A stretch of 64,000 bases of DNA from Abditibacterium sp. Lineage in GTDB: Bacteria > Armatimonadota > Abditibacteriia > Abditibacteriales > Abditibacteriaceae. Below, in pieces: positions 37,035 through 44,712 of this stretch. The notes beneath the pieces were generated by a model that worked only from the letters and a program-made list of their open reading frames with translations, searched no databases and was not told the origin of the DNA. The DNA is taken from positions 3,456,001-3,520,000 of the forward strand of contig CBDASK010000003.1 of NCBI GenBank assembly GCA_965199495.1, in the 5' to 3' direction. The translations under genes and the position numbers were made by a program. The stretch's first letter is position 1; each line of letters opens with the position of its first letter.

Positions 37035-37703
37035 ATGAACCATTCCCAAGAATACGAGGCGTTGCTCGGCGAGATTTTGCCCCATGCCTTCAAGACGGCG
37101 CTTTACCTGTGCCGCGACCGCGACGACGCCGAAGATTTGGTGCAGGATGCCGCGATTCAGGCGTTTCGGCAGTTCGATAAATTCGAGCGCGGCACCAACT
37201 TCAAGGCGTGGTTTTTGAAGGTGCAGCACAACTGTTTTCTGGGCCGCTTGCGTAGCGAAACGCGGCGCCCGCAAACCGTGCAAGTCGAGGACGAAGAGGA
37301 AGTCGGCGCGCTCTATTTGTTCGAGCAGACGCGCGGCGGCAAAGCGTGGGGCGGCGACCCGGCGGCGAATTTCGTGGCGCAACTCGACAACGAAATTATC
37401 GCCCAAGCGTTGCGTGGATTGGCGCCCGAATTTCGCGCGGTTTGCACGCTCTTTTTCGTGCAGCAGATGGGCTATGAACAAATCGCCGAAATCACGCAAA
37501 CACCGATGGGAACCGTGCGCTCGCGCTTGCATCGCGGGCGCCGACATCTGCAAAAAGCGTTGTGGGAACTGGGCCAGGAACGCGGACTGACGGAGAAATC
37601 AGCGCACGGGCGCACCGTCAACAAAAGCCGCGCGTCGCTGGTTTTGGCGTTGCTGTTGCCGCTCGTTCAATTGACCGCACTTTTGGGAGGACTTCATGTT
37701 TAG
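37035..37703 (+). CDS. ECF sigma factor, SigR/SigH-like, copy 2
   Basis: Close paralog of 32891-33550, sharing GTNFKAWFLKVQHNCFLGRLR; hydrophobic C-terminal tail. Confidence 0.92.
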   Translation: MNHSQEYEALLGEILPHAFKTALYLCRDRDDAEDLVQDAAIQAFRQFDKFERGTNFKAWFLKVQHNCFLGRLRSETRRPQTVQVEDEEEVGALYLFEQTRGGKAWGGDPAANFVAQLDNEIIAQALRGLAPEFRAVCTLFFVQQMGYEQIAEITQTPMGTVRSRLHRGRRHLQKALWELGQERGLTEKSAHGRTVNKSRASLVLALLLPLVQLTALLGGLHV

Positions 37704-37986
37704 AATCAAAATTCTCGGTTTGGATATTTATGGTTGCCGCGAGGCCAAAGAACGTTTGGACGCCTACGTTGACCGCGAACTCGCGCCCGACGAAACTAAA
37801 AAAGTCGCGCAACATCTCAAAATTTGCCACGAGTGCGCGCGCAAATTCAAGTTCGAGCAGGAGTTAGTGGATGGTCTGCGCGAAAAAGTCGAACACGTTG
37901 ACGCTTCTGGCGCCGCAGAATTGGGCGCGCTCAAAGAGCGCATCGGTTCCTTGTTAGATCTGGAAAGCGCCAGCAACGAAATTTGA
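37696..37986 (+). CDS. RsrA/RshA-like ZAS anti-sigma factor, copy 2
   Basis: MFRIKILGLDIYGCRE...HLKICHEC; same ATGTTTAG overlap with its sigma gene. Confidence 0.88.
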   Translation: MFRIKILGLDIYGCREAKERLDAYVDRELAPDETKKVAQHLKICHECARKFKFEQELVDGLREKVEHVDASGAAELGALKERIGSLLDLESASNEI

Positions 37987-37995
37987 GTTTTGAAT

Positions 37996-38033
37996 GAAAA
38001 ACGCGCCTCACGAACATCGTGAGGCGCGTTTTC
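37996..38033. terminator. Bidirectional terminator between convergent genes
   Basis: GAAAAACGCGCCTCACGA..TCGTGAGGCGCGTTTTC. Confidence 0.75.
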
Positions 38034-38049
38034 GTTGTGTTGCTCTGTT

Positions 38050-38385
38050 TTAGCTTTGGCCCATCGCGCCGCAGCTTTGCGCGCATTTGCGGCAGGCGTC
38101 AACGCAATCTTGCATATCGCCGACGGCTTCGCACGAATCGGCGCACGCATTACAAATTTCGGCGCACTCAGCGCAAATATGATGATGATGCGCGGATTGG
38201 CGCAGCATGAAATCGGCGCTGACCTGACAGATTTGCGCGCAATCCATCATCAACTTAAAGTGCGTCGGCTCGACGTGTTTGCCGCCCGCTTCGAGGCAAT
38301 GATTGGCTTGCATATAAAGGCACGTCGCGTGGCAATCGAGACAGTTTTGGATGCACTGCTGCATCTCAGGAGATAAATTGTTCAT
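38050..38385 (-). CDS. DUF326 / four-helix-bundle Cys-rich copper storage-like protein
   Basis: Repeated CxxxC and CxxC: CIQNCLDCHATC, DCAQIC, CAECAEICNACADSC, CVDACRKCAQSC. Confidence 0.88.
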   Translation of the reverse strand: MNNLSPEMQQCIQNCLDCHATCLYMQANHCLEAGGKHVEPTHFKLMMDCAQICQVSADFMLRQSAHHHHICAECAEICNACADSCEAVGDMQDCVDACRKCAQSCGAMGQS

Positions 38386-38440
38386 GACACATTTTTAGCT
38401 CGCAAATAGGGTGCCGGGGTATAATAAGAATGAGGCGATT

Positions 38441-39073
38441 TTACAAAAGCGCGGTTTTTTGTGTGACGAAATCGGCGAGCCAACTGACGATTTGCGACAA
38501 CGGCAACGCGCTCGTATCCACGCACAATTGATAATTTTCCGGTGCCATCGAATTTTGTCCGGTCATCTGGACGATGGATTTGGCGCGCATCGAATCGGAG
38601 CGTTCGATTTTGGCCAGCGCTAAATCGGAATCGTTTGAATCGAGATATTCCATCACGCGCGCGACGCGGAAATCGAGCGGCGCATGAAGCAGGATCGAGA
38701 TTTTTTGCGGCGACGGCGGCAAAATATGCGTCGCGGCGCGCCCGACGATGACGCAATTATCGCGCGCCGCAATGCTTTTTAAAACTTCGGTTTCGGCATG
38801 AAAAACTTCATAATCTGAGGGCATTTGCGATGGCGCGGGCACGTAAGCCGCTTCGGGCGCGGCGACGACAAAGCCGGTGAGCATGCGCTCCCAAAACGGC
38901 AAAACGCGTTCTTCGCGCAATTCGATTTCCTGTTCTCGCAAATTGAATTGGCGGGCCGTTTCGCTAATAATTTCGCGGTCTATGCAGCGAATTCCCAGCG
39001 CCGTTGCCAGACTGTGCCCGATTTCTGAACCGCCGCAACCTAATTGGCGCGCTATCGTGACGACAAATTTCAT
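38441..39073 (-). CDS. Cytidylate kinase-like family protein
   Basis: VTIARQLGCGGSEIG, CVIVGRAA, APLDFRV, D..RA, YQLCVDTS. Confidence 0.85.
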   Translation of the reverse strand: MKFVVTIARQLGCGGSEIGHSLATALGIRCIDREIISETARQFNLREQEIELREERVLPFWERMLTGFVVAAPEAAYVPAPSQMPSDYEVFHAETEVLKSIAARDNCVIVGRAATHILPPSPQKISILLHAPLDFRVARVMEYLDSNDSDLALAKIERSDSMRAKSIVQMTGQNSMAPENYQLCVDTSALPLSQIVSWLADFVTQKTALL

Positions 39074-39131
39074 TTTGATTTTCCTCCGCGCTGGCTAAAA
39101 TTATCAAATCTGCGGCCCGCCAACGTTAAAT

Positions 39132-41654
39132 TTATTGCGCCCGATAACGCAACAATCGCAGCGCGTTCAAAACGACGACCAAAGTCGAGCCTTCATGAAA
39201 CACAACAGCCACGCCCAAATGCGCCAATCCAAACAACGTCGAAGGCACCAGCAGCGCGATAACGCCGAGCGAAATCCACAGATTTTGGCGAATGATATTT
39301 TTGGCCTGACGCGACAAACCCACGGCAAATGGCAGCTTGGACAGGTCGTCGGCCATGAGAGCCACGTCGGCGGTTTCGAGCGCGACATCGGTTCCGCCCG
39401 CGCCCATCGCGATGCCAACATCGGCGTTGGCCAAAGCGGGCGCATCATTCACGCCGTCGCCGATCATCGCCACGCCGCCGAACCGTTTTTGTAGTTCTTG
39501 AATTGCCGAAACTTTGTGTTCGGGCAACAAATCGGCGCGCACATCGGTCACGCCGACGAGCGGCGCCATGTGCGCCGCGACTTTGGCGTTGTCGCCAGTC
39601 AACATCACCAAATGTTCGATGCCCAATGCACGCAACTGTTCGAGCGTCGCTTTGGCTTCGGGCCGAATCGGATCGGCCAACGCCAACACTCCCAAAACCT
39701 GCGAATCGCGCGCGACGATCATCGTCGGTTTGCCGCTTGCGCCCAGCGTTTGCAATTGCGTTTTGAGTTCGGCGGACAACGAAATTTGGCTTTCCTCCAT
39801 CAAACGCGCGTTGCCGATGCGAACGGTTTGACCGTTCAATTCGGCCATCACACCGCGCCCTTTGAGCGTTTGCAAATCGCCGGTTGCGCTTAATTGCAGA
39901 CTATCTTTTTGCGCGCGTCGCACAACAGCTTGTGCGAGCGGGTGTGACGAACGCGCCTCGACCGACGCGGCGATACACAACAATTCGCGCGCGTCCACGT
40001 TTGGCGCCGGAACGATGTCAGCGACTTCGGGATGGCCGACTGTCAGCGTGCCAGTTTTATCGAAAGCAATGGCGCGCAGATTCCCCAAATTTTCCAGATA
40101 AACGCCGCCTTTAATCAAGACGCCGTTTTGCGCCGCGCGCGCGATTCCCGCCAACACCGCCGACGGCGTGGCTAAGGCCAGAGCGCAGGGCGAAGCGGCG
40201 ACCAAAGTCGAAATCGCGCGCAAAAATGCGACGGGCCAAGGGAGCCAGCCCAATAGCGGCGGCACAATCGCCGCCAACACTACGACGCCCAAAATCGTCG
40301 GGACGAAGATTTTCTCGAATTTATCGGCGAAGGTTTGCGAAGGCGCCTTTTGCGCTTGCGCTTCTTCGACCATTTTTTGCACGCGCGCAATCGTCGAATC
40401 GCTCGAAAGTTTGGTGACTTCGATTTCCAAAACGCCGTCGCCATTAATTGTTCCGGCGAACACGTTTTCGCCGGTTTCTTTTTCGACCGGCACGCTTTCA
40501 CCGGTAATCGGGCTTTGATCTACGCTCGAATTACCGCTCACGACGCGGCCATCAACCGGCACGCGGTCGCCCGCGCGCGCGACGACGATTTCGCCGACGC
40601 GCAATGTTTCAATCGGCACTTCGATTTCGCGTCCGTCGCGTTGGACGCGCGCGACCTTGGGCGTCAAATCGCCCAGCGCGCGAATCGCGTTGCGCGCGCG
40701 GCTCATCGCGTAATGTTCGAGCGCGTGGCCCAGCGAAAACAGAAATAGTAAAAACGCGCCTTCGGCCCATTGACCCAAGATGCCCGCGCCGACCGCGCCC
40801 AGAAGCATCAGAAATTCGACATCAAAACGCCCGCTCAGCACAGTTGGAATCGTGTGACGCGCCAGATTAATTCCGCCCGCGACGTAAGCCGCCAAGTAAA
40901 ATCCGAGTGCGACGATGAACGGCAACCCGAAGAATCGCTCGCCGAAAAAGCCAATCGTCAGCAACACGCCCGACGCCAACGACAGCGCCAACTCGCGATT
41001 GCGCACCAGCCACGGCGCGTTCGGATCGGCGTCGTGCCCATGATCGTGGCCGTCATTTTCATCGTGTTCGTCGTGCGCGCCTTCGCCGTGGCTGCTATGT
41101 TCGTCTTCGTCGTGATCGTGATGATGGCCGTCGCAATGCGCGTGATCGTGAACCGGCGGCGTCGCGCGCACTTTTTGGGTCGTGCCCGGCACGCGATAGC
41201 CCAATTTGCCGACGGCGCGCACGATAGCATCGCGCGAGGTCAAATCCGAATCGTATTCGACTTTTAACTTTTCGGTTGGATAATTGACGCGAACGTGCGT
41301 CACTCCGTTAATTTTGGCGACGACGTGTTCGATGGAAGCGGCGCAACTCGCGCAGTCCATGCCTTTGACGCCCAAGTTTTCGTGGCGAAAACGATTGGTA
41401 ATGGCGGTACCGGTATCGCGCGCCATGCGCTCTAATTTTTCGAGCGGAACTAAATTCGGATCGTAGTGCAAACACAAAACGCTCTGGCCGCTTTCGTTTT
41501 TGTCGAAATGTACGCTGGCAATGCCGGTCTGTTCGCGCAAGCGCGTTTCGAGGCGCCCGATGCAACCGTCGTCTTCGGTTTCGACGCCCGGCAAAACCAC
41601 CGGCAAATCGAGTTGGTGCGCCGCTTCGCCCGGCGCCAGTTGATGTTCAGCCAT
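39132..41654 (-). CDS. Heavy-metal P-type ATPase with P1B-4 signature, N-terminal HMA domain and His-rich linker
   Basis: TGES, AASPCAL, DKTGT, HP, GDGVNDAP, HEGST; GMDCASC; HDHAHCDGHHHDHD. Confidence 0.93.
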   Translation of the reverse strand: MAEHQLAPGEAAHQLDLPVVLPGVETEDDGCIGRLETRLREQTGIASVHFDKNESGQSVLCLHYDPNLVPLEKLERMARDTGTAITNRFRHENLGVKGMDCASCAASIEHVVAKINGVTHVRVNYPTEKLKVEYDSDLTSRDAIVRAVGKLGYRVPGTTQKVRATPPVHDHAHCDGHHHDHDEDEHSSHGEGAHDEHDENDGHDHGHDADPNAPWLVRNRELALSLASGVLLTIGFFGERFFGLPFIVALGFYLAAYVAGGINLARHTIPTVLSGRFDVEFLMLLGAVGAGILGQWAEGAFLLFLFSLGHALEHYAMSRARNAIRALGDLTPKVARVQRDGREIEVPIETLRVGEIVVARAGDRVPVDGRVVSGNSSVDQSPITGESVPVEKETGENVFAGTINGDGVLEIEVTKLSSDSTIARVQKMVEEAQAQKAPSQTFADKFEKIFVPTILGVVVLAAIVPPLLGWLPWPVAFLRAISTLVAASPCALALATPSAVLAGIARAAQNGVLIKGGVYLENLGNLRAIAFDKTGTLTVGHPEVADIVPAPNVDARELLCIAASVEARSSHPLAQAVVRRAQKDSLQLSATGDLQTLKGRGVMAELNGQTVRIGNARLMEESQISLSAELKTQLQTLGASGKPTMIVARDSQVLGVLALADPIRPEAKATLEQLRALGIEHLVMLTGDNAKVAAHMAPLVGVTDVRADLLPEHKVSAIQELQKRFGGVAMIGDGVNDAPALANADVGIAMGAGGTDVALETADVALMADDLSKLPFAVGLSRQAKNIIRQNLWISLGVIALLVPSTLFGLAHLGVAVVFHEGSTLVVVLNALRLLRYRAQ

Positions 41655-41720
41655 ATTTTCAGAATAACACGCGCGCCGAAAAGATAAGGCGTTCGCATTA
41701 TTTCCCAACTTTCAAACGGT

Positions 41721-41755
41721 AAAATGCCCCGCGTAACCGAGGTTGCGCGGGGCAT
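41721..41755 (-). terminator. Intrinsic terminator about 67 nt upstream of the ATPase start
   Basis: Minus strand ATGCCCCGCGCAACC-TC-GGTTACGCGGGGCAT followed by TTT. Confidence 0.6.
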
Positions 41756-41884
41756 CAAAAAGAAGGTGGCGACCGAGTCAGAGCGCTGGAAACACTCCGG
41801 GGTGTAAGGAGGGGGTGCGACGGGGAAATTGCGGAACGCCGCGTTCCAGTGGCGGCGGGGGCGAGGGGTTCGACTCGGTGTCGT
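41721..41884 (-). ncRNA. Candidate structured sRNA or leader RNA, unknown family
   Basis: Closing stem ACCGAGTC/GACTCGGT, inner stem CTGGAAC/GTT(T)CCAG, two small hairpins, C-rich linkers, AT-rich sequence upstream and a terminator downstream. Confidence 0.45.
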
Positions 41885-42070
41885 TTATATTTAGTTGTCT
41901 TGATTTGCAATTAACAAATCGTGTTTTAAGGTGCAGACGGCTGATAAACGGGTTACAAAACCCTGCTTTCGCCCTCATGGTTCAAAGAATAAGCGGCCCG
42001 CGTTTCGCCGATGTTTCGCGCCCGTAAAACTTCGTTTAACTCGCGATTCTTAGTTCAATCTTTTGAACGC

Positions 42071-42096
42071 GACTTTGTGAAAAATTGCACAAAGTC
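42071..42096. promoter_or_regulatory. Palindromic operator, Rex-like, upstream of pncA
   Basis: GACTTTGTG-AAAAATTG-CACAAAGTC; the core TTGTGAA-AAAT-TGCACAA (42075-42092) has one mismatch to the Rex consensus. Confidence 0.65.
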
Positions 42097-42164
42097 GGCG
42101 AATCAGGGAAAATAATTCTCATTGGCGCGATTGCAGACATCATTGCGGCCAGAGGAGAATTTTC

Positions 42165-42785
42165 ATGAATAGCTTAATAGTAGTTGATTTGCAGCACGAT
42201 TTCTGTCCCGGTGGCTCGTTGGCGGTGGCGCAGGGCGACGCGATAATTCCCGTCATTGACCGAATTTTACCTGCGTTCGATTGCGTGGTGGCGACGCAGG
42301 ATTGGCATCCGGCCAATCACCAGAGTTTCGCGGTCAACCATGCGGGCGCCCAAGTCGGCGACGTTATCGAATTGGGTGGAATGCCGCAGGTTTTGTGGCC
42401 GGTTCACTGCGTGCAAAATACCAATGGCGCGGCGTTTCATCGCGGGTTCGATATTTCGGGTTTGGACGCGGTTTTCCAAAAGGGCGTTGACCCGGAAATT
42501 GATTCGTATTCGGGATTTTTCGATAACGGCCACAAACGTTCGACTGGTCTGGGCGATTATCTTAATCAGCGCGGCGTCGGCACGGTTTATATTTGTGGCT
42601 TGGCGACCGACTATTGCGTCAAAGCCACGGCGCTCGATGCGATTGCCTTGGGTTTCGAGACATTCGTTATCAGCGACGCCTGTCGCGGCGTCAATTTGCA
42701 AGCGGGCGACGACGAGAAAGCGTTGGCTGAAATCGCCGAAGCGGGCGGAAAAATCGTTTCGAGCGCGGAAATTCTGGCGCGGTAA
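42165..42785 (+). CDS. pncA: Nicotinamidase/pyrazinamidase
   Basis: VDLQHDFCPGG.L, TQDWHP..H.SF, WPVHCVQ, DSYSGF, GLATDYCV. Confidence 0.95.
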   Translation: MNSLIVVDLQHDFCPGGSLAVAQGDAIIPVIDRILPAFDCVVATQDWHPANHQSFAVNHAGAQVGDVIELGGMPQVLWPVHCVQNTNGAAFHRGFDISGLDAVFQKGVDPEIDSYSGFFDNGHKRSTGLGDYLNQRGVGTVYICGLATDYCVKATALDAIALGFETFVISDACRGVNLQAGDDEKALAEIAEAGGKIVSSAEILAR

Positions 42786-42814
42786 ATCGCGAAAAACAAA
42801 ACAGGATAGAAATA

Positions 42815-42994
42815 CCGCAGAAGGGCTGGCCTGTCATTTCGAGTGAGGCACGAACCGAGAAATCTGTCGCCCGCGCGGCAGCGCAGATTAAAGAAACTTC
42901 GACGTTCAAGATAAACCCTGACATCCGCTGGCGCGGGGCCGTAAGATTTCTCGGTTCGTGCCTCACTCGAAATGACAGGCCAGCCCTTCTGCGG
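42815..42994. repeat. Long palindrome of the GTCATT.CGAG type, family D
   Basis: CCGCAGAAGGGCTGGCCTGTCATTTCGAGTGAGGCACGAACCGAGAAATCT and its reverse complement, between pncA and pncB. Confidence 0.8.
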
Positions 42995-43018
42995 CACACA
43001 TACAAACCAAAAAACATC

Positions 43019-44587
43019 ATGCGCAACATTTATTTCGACGGCTCGACCGCACTGCTCACCGATTTGTATCAACTGACGATGGCCTACGGCTATTGGAAAT
43101 CGGGGCGCGCCCAGCAACAGGCGAATTTTCAGTTGTTCTTTCGCAAACAACCATTTGACGGCGGATTCTCGGTCGCCTGCGGCATCGAACCAGCGCTCGA
43201 ATGGATCGAGAACTTTGGTTTCGACCATTCGGATTTGGAATATCTCGGCACCTTGAATGGCGCCGACGACAAACCGTTGTTTGAGCCAGCATTTTTGGAT
43301 TATCTGGGCGATCTGAAACTTGGCGTGAACATTGACGCGATGCGCGAGGGCACGGTTTGTTTCGCGCAGGAGCCGTTGATGCGCGTGCAGGGCAGCGTTT
43401 TGGAGTGTCAATTACTGGAGACGGCGTTGTTGAACATCGTCAATTTCCAGACTTTAATCGCGACAAAATCGGCGCGCATTTGTCTGGCGGCGGGCGAAGA
43501 CGGCGTGTTGGAATTCGGCGCGCGGCGGGCGCAGGGCATTGACGGCGCGCTGTCGGCTTCGCGTGCGGCGTTCGTCGGCGGATGCGCAGCCACGTCGAAC
43601 GTGTTGGCGGGCAAATGCTTCGGCATCCCGACGCGCGGCACGCACGCCCATTCGTGGGTCATGCTGTTCGATTCGGAACTGGAAGCCTTCGAGACTTACG
43701 CCCAAACTTTGCCCAACAACGTGGTATTTCTGGTGGATACCTACGACACGCTGGAAGGCACGCGGCACGCGGTCGAGGTCGGCAAAATGCTGCGCCAGCA
43801 CGGGCACGATTTGCTGGGCATCCGTTTGGATTCGGGCGATTTGGCGTATTTGAGCATCGAGGCGCGCAAGATTCTGGACGCGGGCGGTTTTCCCGACGCC
43901 AAGATTTACGCGTCGAACGATTTGGACGAAGAGACGATTGTCAGTCTGAAGCAGCAGGGCGCGCGCATCGGCGTGTGGGGCGTCGGCACGCGCTTGGTGA
44001 CGGGCCACGATCAACCGGCGCTGGGCGGCGTTTATAAATTGACGGCGACACGCGAGACGGAAAACGACGAATGGCAACCGCGCATTAAATTGTCGGAGCA
44101 GACGATCAAAATTTCCAATCCCGGCGTTTTGTGCGTGCGACGCTATTTCAGCGAAGAAAACGGCGCGCGCCAGAATGTGGCCGACGCGATTTACGAAGAA
44201 GGTCAGGCGCCCGAACGCGGCGCGATTATCGTTGATCCGCTCGATGCGATTCGGCGGCGACGCGTGAGTTCCAAGTTGCAATACGAAGAACTTTTGGTGC
44301 CCGCCGTGCGAAACGGCAAACGGTTGGACGCCAACGCGCCTTTGGCTCAGGCGCAGGGACGCGCGCGCGCCGGGTTGGCGGGTTTTGACGCGGGCATCAA
44401 GCGTTTTACCAATCCGCATCGTTATCCGGCGGGCTTGGAAGTGCAGTTGCACGAAAAGAAAATGGCGATGGTCGAGCGCGCGGCCACTCAGCGTTTAGGG
44501 CGCGACGAAGCGCCCGGTGAAGCGTTTGGAAGTTTAGACGGCGAAAGTGTTGCCACTTCGCCACAAGAAAGCGACCGTCAAAATTAA
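43019..44587 (+). CDS. pncB: Nicotinate phosphoribosyltransferase
   Basis: LLTDLYQLTM, EFGARRAQG, GTHAHSW, LVDTYDT, GIRLDSGDL, ASNDLDE, LGGVYKL. Confidence 0.96.
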   Translation: MRNIYFDGSTALLTDLYQLTMAYGYWKSGRAQQQANFQLFFRKQPFDGGFSVACGIEPALEWIENFGFDHSDLEYLGTLNGADDKPLFEPAFLDYLGDLKLGVNIDAMREGTVCFAQEPLMRVQGSVLECQLLETALLNIVNFQTLIATKSARICLAAGEDGVLEFGARRAQGIDGALSASRAAFVGGCAATSNVLAGKCFGIPTRGTHAHSWVMLFDSELEAFETYAQTLPNNVVFLVDTYDTLEGTRHAVEVGKMLRQHGHDLLGIRLDSGDLAYLSIEARKILDAGGFPDAKIYASNDLDEETIVSLKQQGARIGVWGVGTRLVTGHDQPALGGVYKLTATRETENDEWQPRIKLSEQTIKISNPGVLCVRRYFSEENGARQNVADAIYEEGQAPERGAIIVDPLDAIRRRRVSSKLQYEELLVPAVRNGKRLDANAPLAQAQGRARAGLAGFDAGIKRFTNPHRYPAGLEVQLHEKKMAMVERAATQRLGRDEAPGEAFGSLDGESVATSPQESDRQN

Positions 44588-44712
44588 ACGTTTCCGAAAA
44601 GAAAATGAAAAAAATGACGGGTCGCCGTGAGCTTTATGGTTTAAAATTAATCTACTGCTCCCATTTCGATTGTTTTACGAGCGCACCCATCGAAATCCTG
44701 CGGTTTGTCATC

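Noticed and set aside
41721..41884. NiCo/czcD, yybP-ykoY or 6S RNA identity for the structured region
   Set aside because: I could not find the conserved sequence blocks or the long-rod shape of these families by eye; left as unknown.
41778..41978. 66-aa minus-strand ORF considered as a leader peptide of the ATPase
   Set aside because: No RBS or metal-ligand bias, and it crosses AT-rich promoter-like DNA; an RNA-structure explanation fits better.
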